DNA of 63,812 bases, counting the filler, from Octopus bimaculoides (Eukaryota), in the NCBI RefSeq assembly GCF_001194135.2. It is 6 parts of 5 records of this genome, joined end to end, with 100 filler letters (N's around TTAATTAATTAA, not from the genome) between each part and the next. Parts side by side here need not be neighbours in the genome. Positions count along the whole stretch, not along the records: positions 62,354 to 63,812 come from NW_026329285.1; 5 more parts are not named here. One strand, written 5' to 3'. The stretch's first letter is position 1. Every line of letters starts with the position of its first letter. Below the pieces are notes generated by a model that saw only the letters and a list, made by a program, of their open reading frames with translations, had not been told where the DNA came from and did no database searches. A program made the translations under genes and the position numbers. Below, one piece after another: positions 63,666-63,812 of the stretch.

Positions 63666-63812
63666 TGTTGTGTGGACGCCCCAGACGATAAGTAGGCTAG
63701 TCTACTATGTATAGTGGACGGGGTAGCCAGTCGTAGTAGTTTAGACGTCGAGTTCTGTTGAGTCGAGTCGTCGGAAGTGAGATTTCGGTAGTTGAGTAGA
63801 GGTAGGTCATCG
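63666..63812 (+). mobile_element. Possible start of an LTR or other TE cut by the window end
   Basis: Abrupt shift to GC/CpG-richer sequence beginning TGTTG. Confidence 0.2.

Overview
AT-rich, gap-ridden (many N runs) animal genomic DNA, dominated by microsatellites and decayed transposable elements. The repeat families look like those of Octopus/coleoid cephalopods; this is inferred from remembered families, not checked by search. The only convincing host coding sequence is one plus-strand exon (62356-62527) resembling the GAIN region of an adhesion GPCR. The rest is tRNA-derived SINEs (called SINE-A/B/C here), L1/Tx1-clade, R4/Dong-clade, RTE and Penelope-like (PLE) retroelement fragments, a deleted pogo-type DNA transposon and several MITEs/foldbacks. 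Highlights: (1) a structurally complete type I hammerhead ribozyme at 46761-46846 downstream of a PLE RT+GIY-YIG, plus three minimal PLE-type hammerheads, two with an A6U core change; (2) SINE-B shares its last ~22 nt with the 3' end of the Tx1-like LINEs in this window, pointing to a SINE/Tx1 partnership; (3) Dong fragments and Tx1/SINE-B occupy the same AAT/ATT microsatellites in opposite polarity; (4) a GGATC-terminated foldback MITE with an inverted telomere-like core is nested, with a perfect 8-bp TSD, inside the TIR of another MITE; (5) an RTE carries three C-terminal C2H2-type fingers; (6) SINE heads, bodies and tails are visibly swapped as modules. No prokaryotic features, CRISPR arrays, rRNA or genuine tRNA genes were found. 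Most long ORFs in the supplied track are artefacts of microsatellites or N runs. Coordinates were read by eye and boundaries of decayed elements are approximate (about +/-20 bp).
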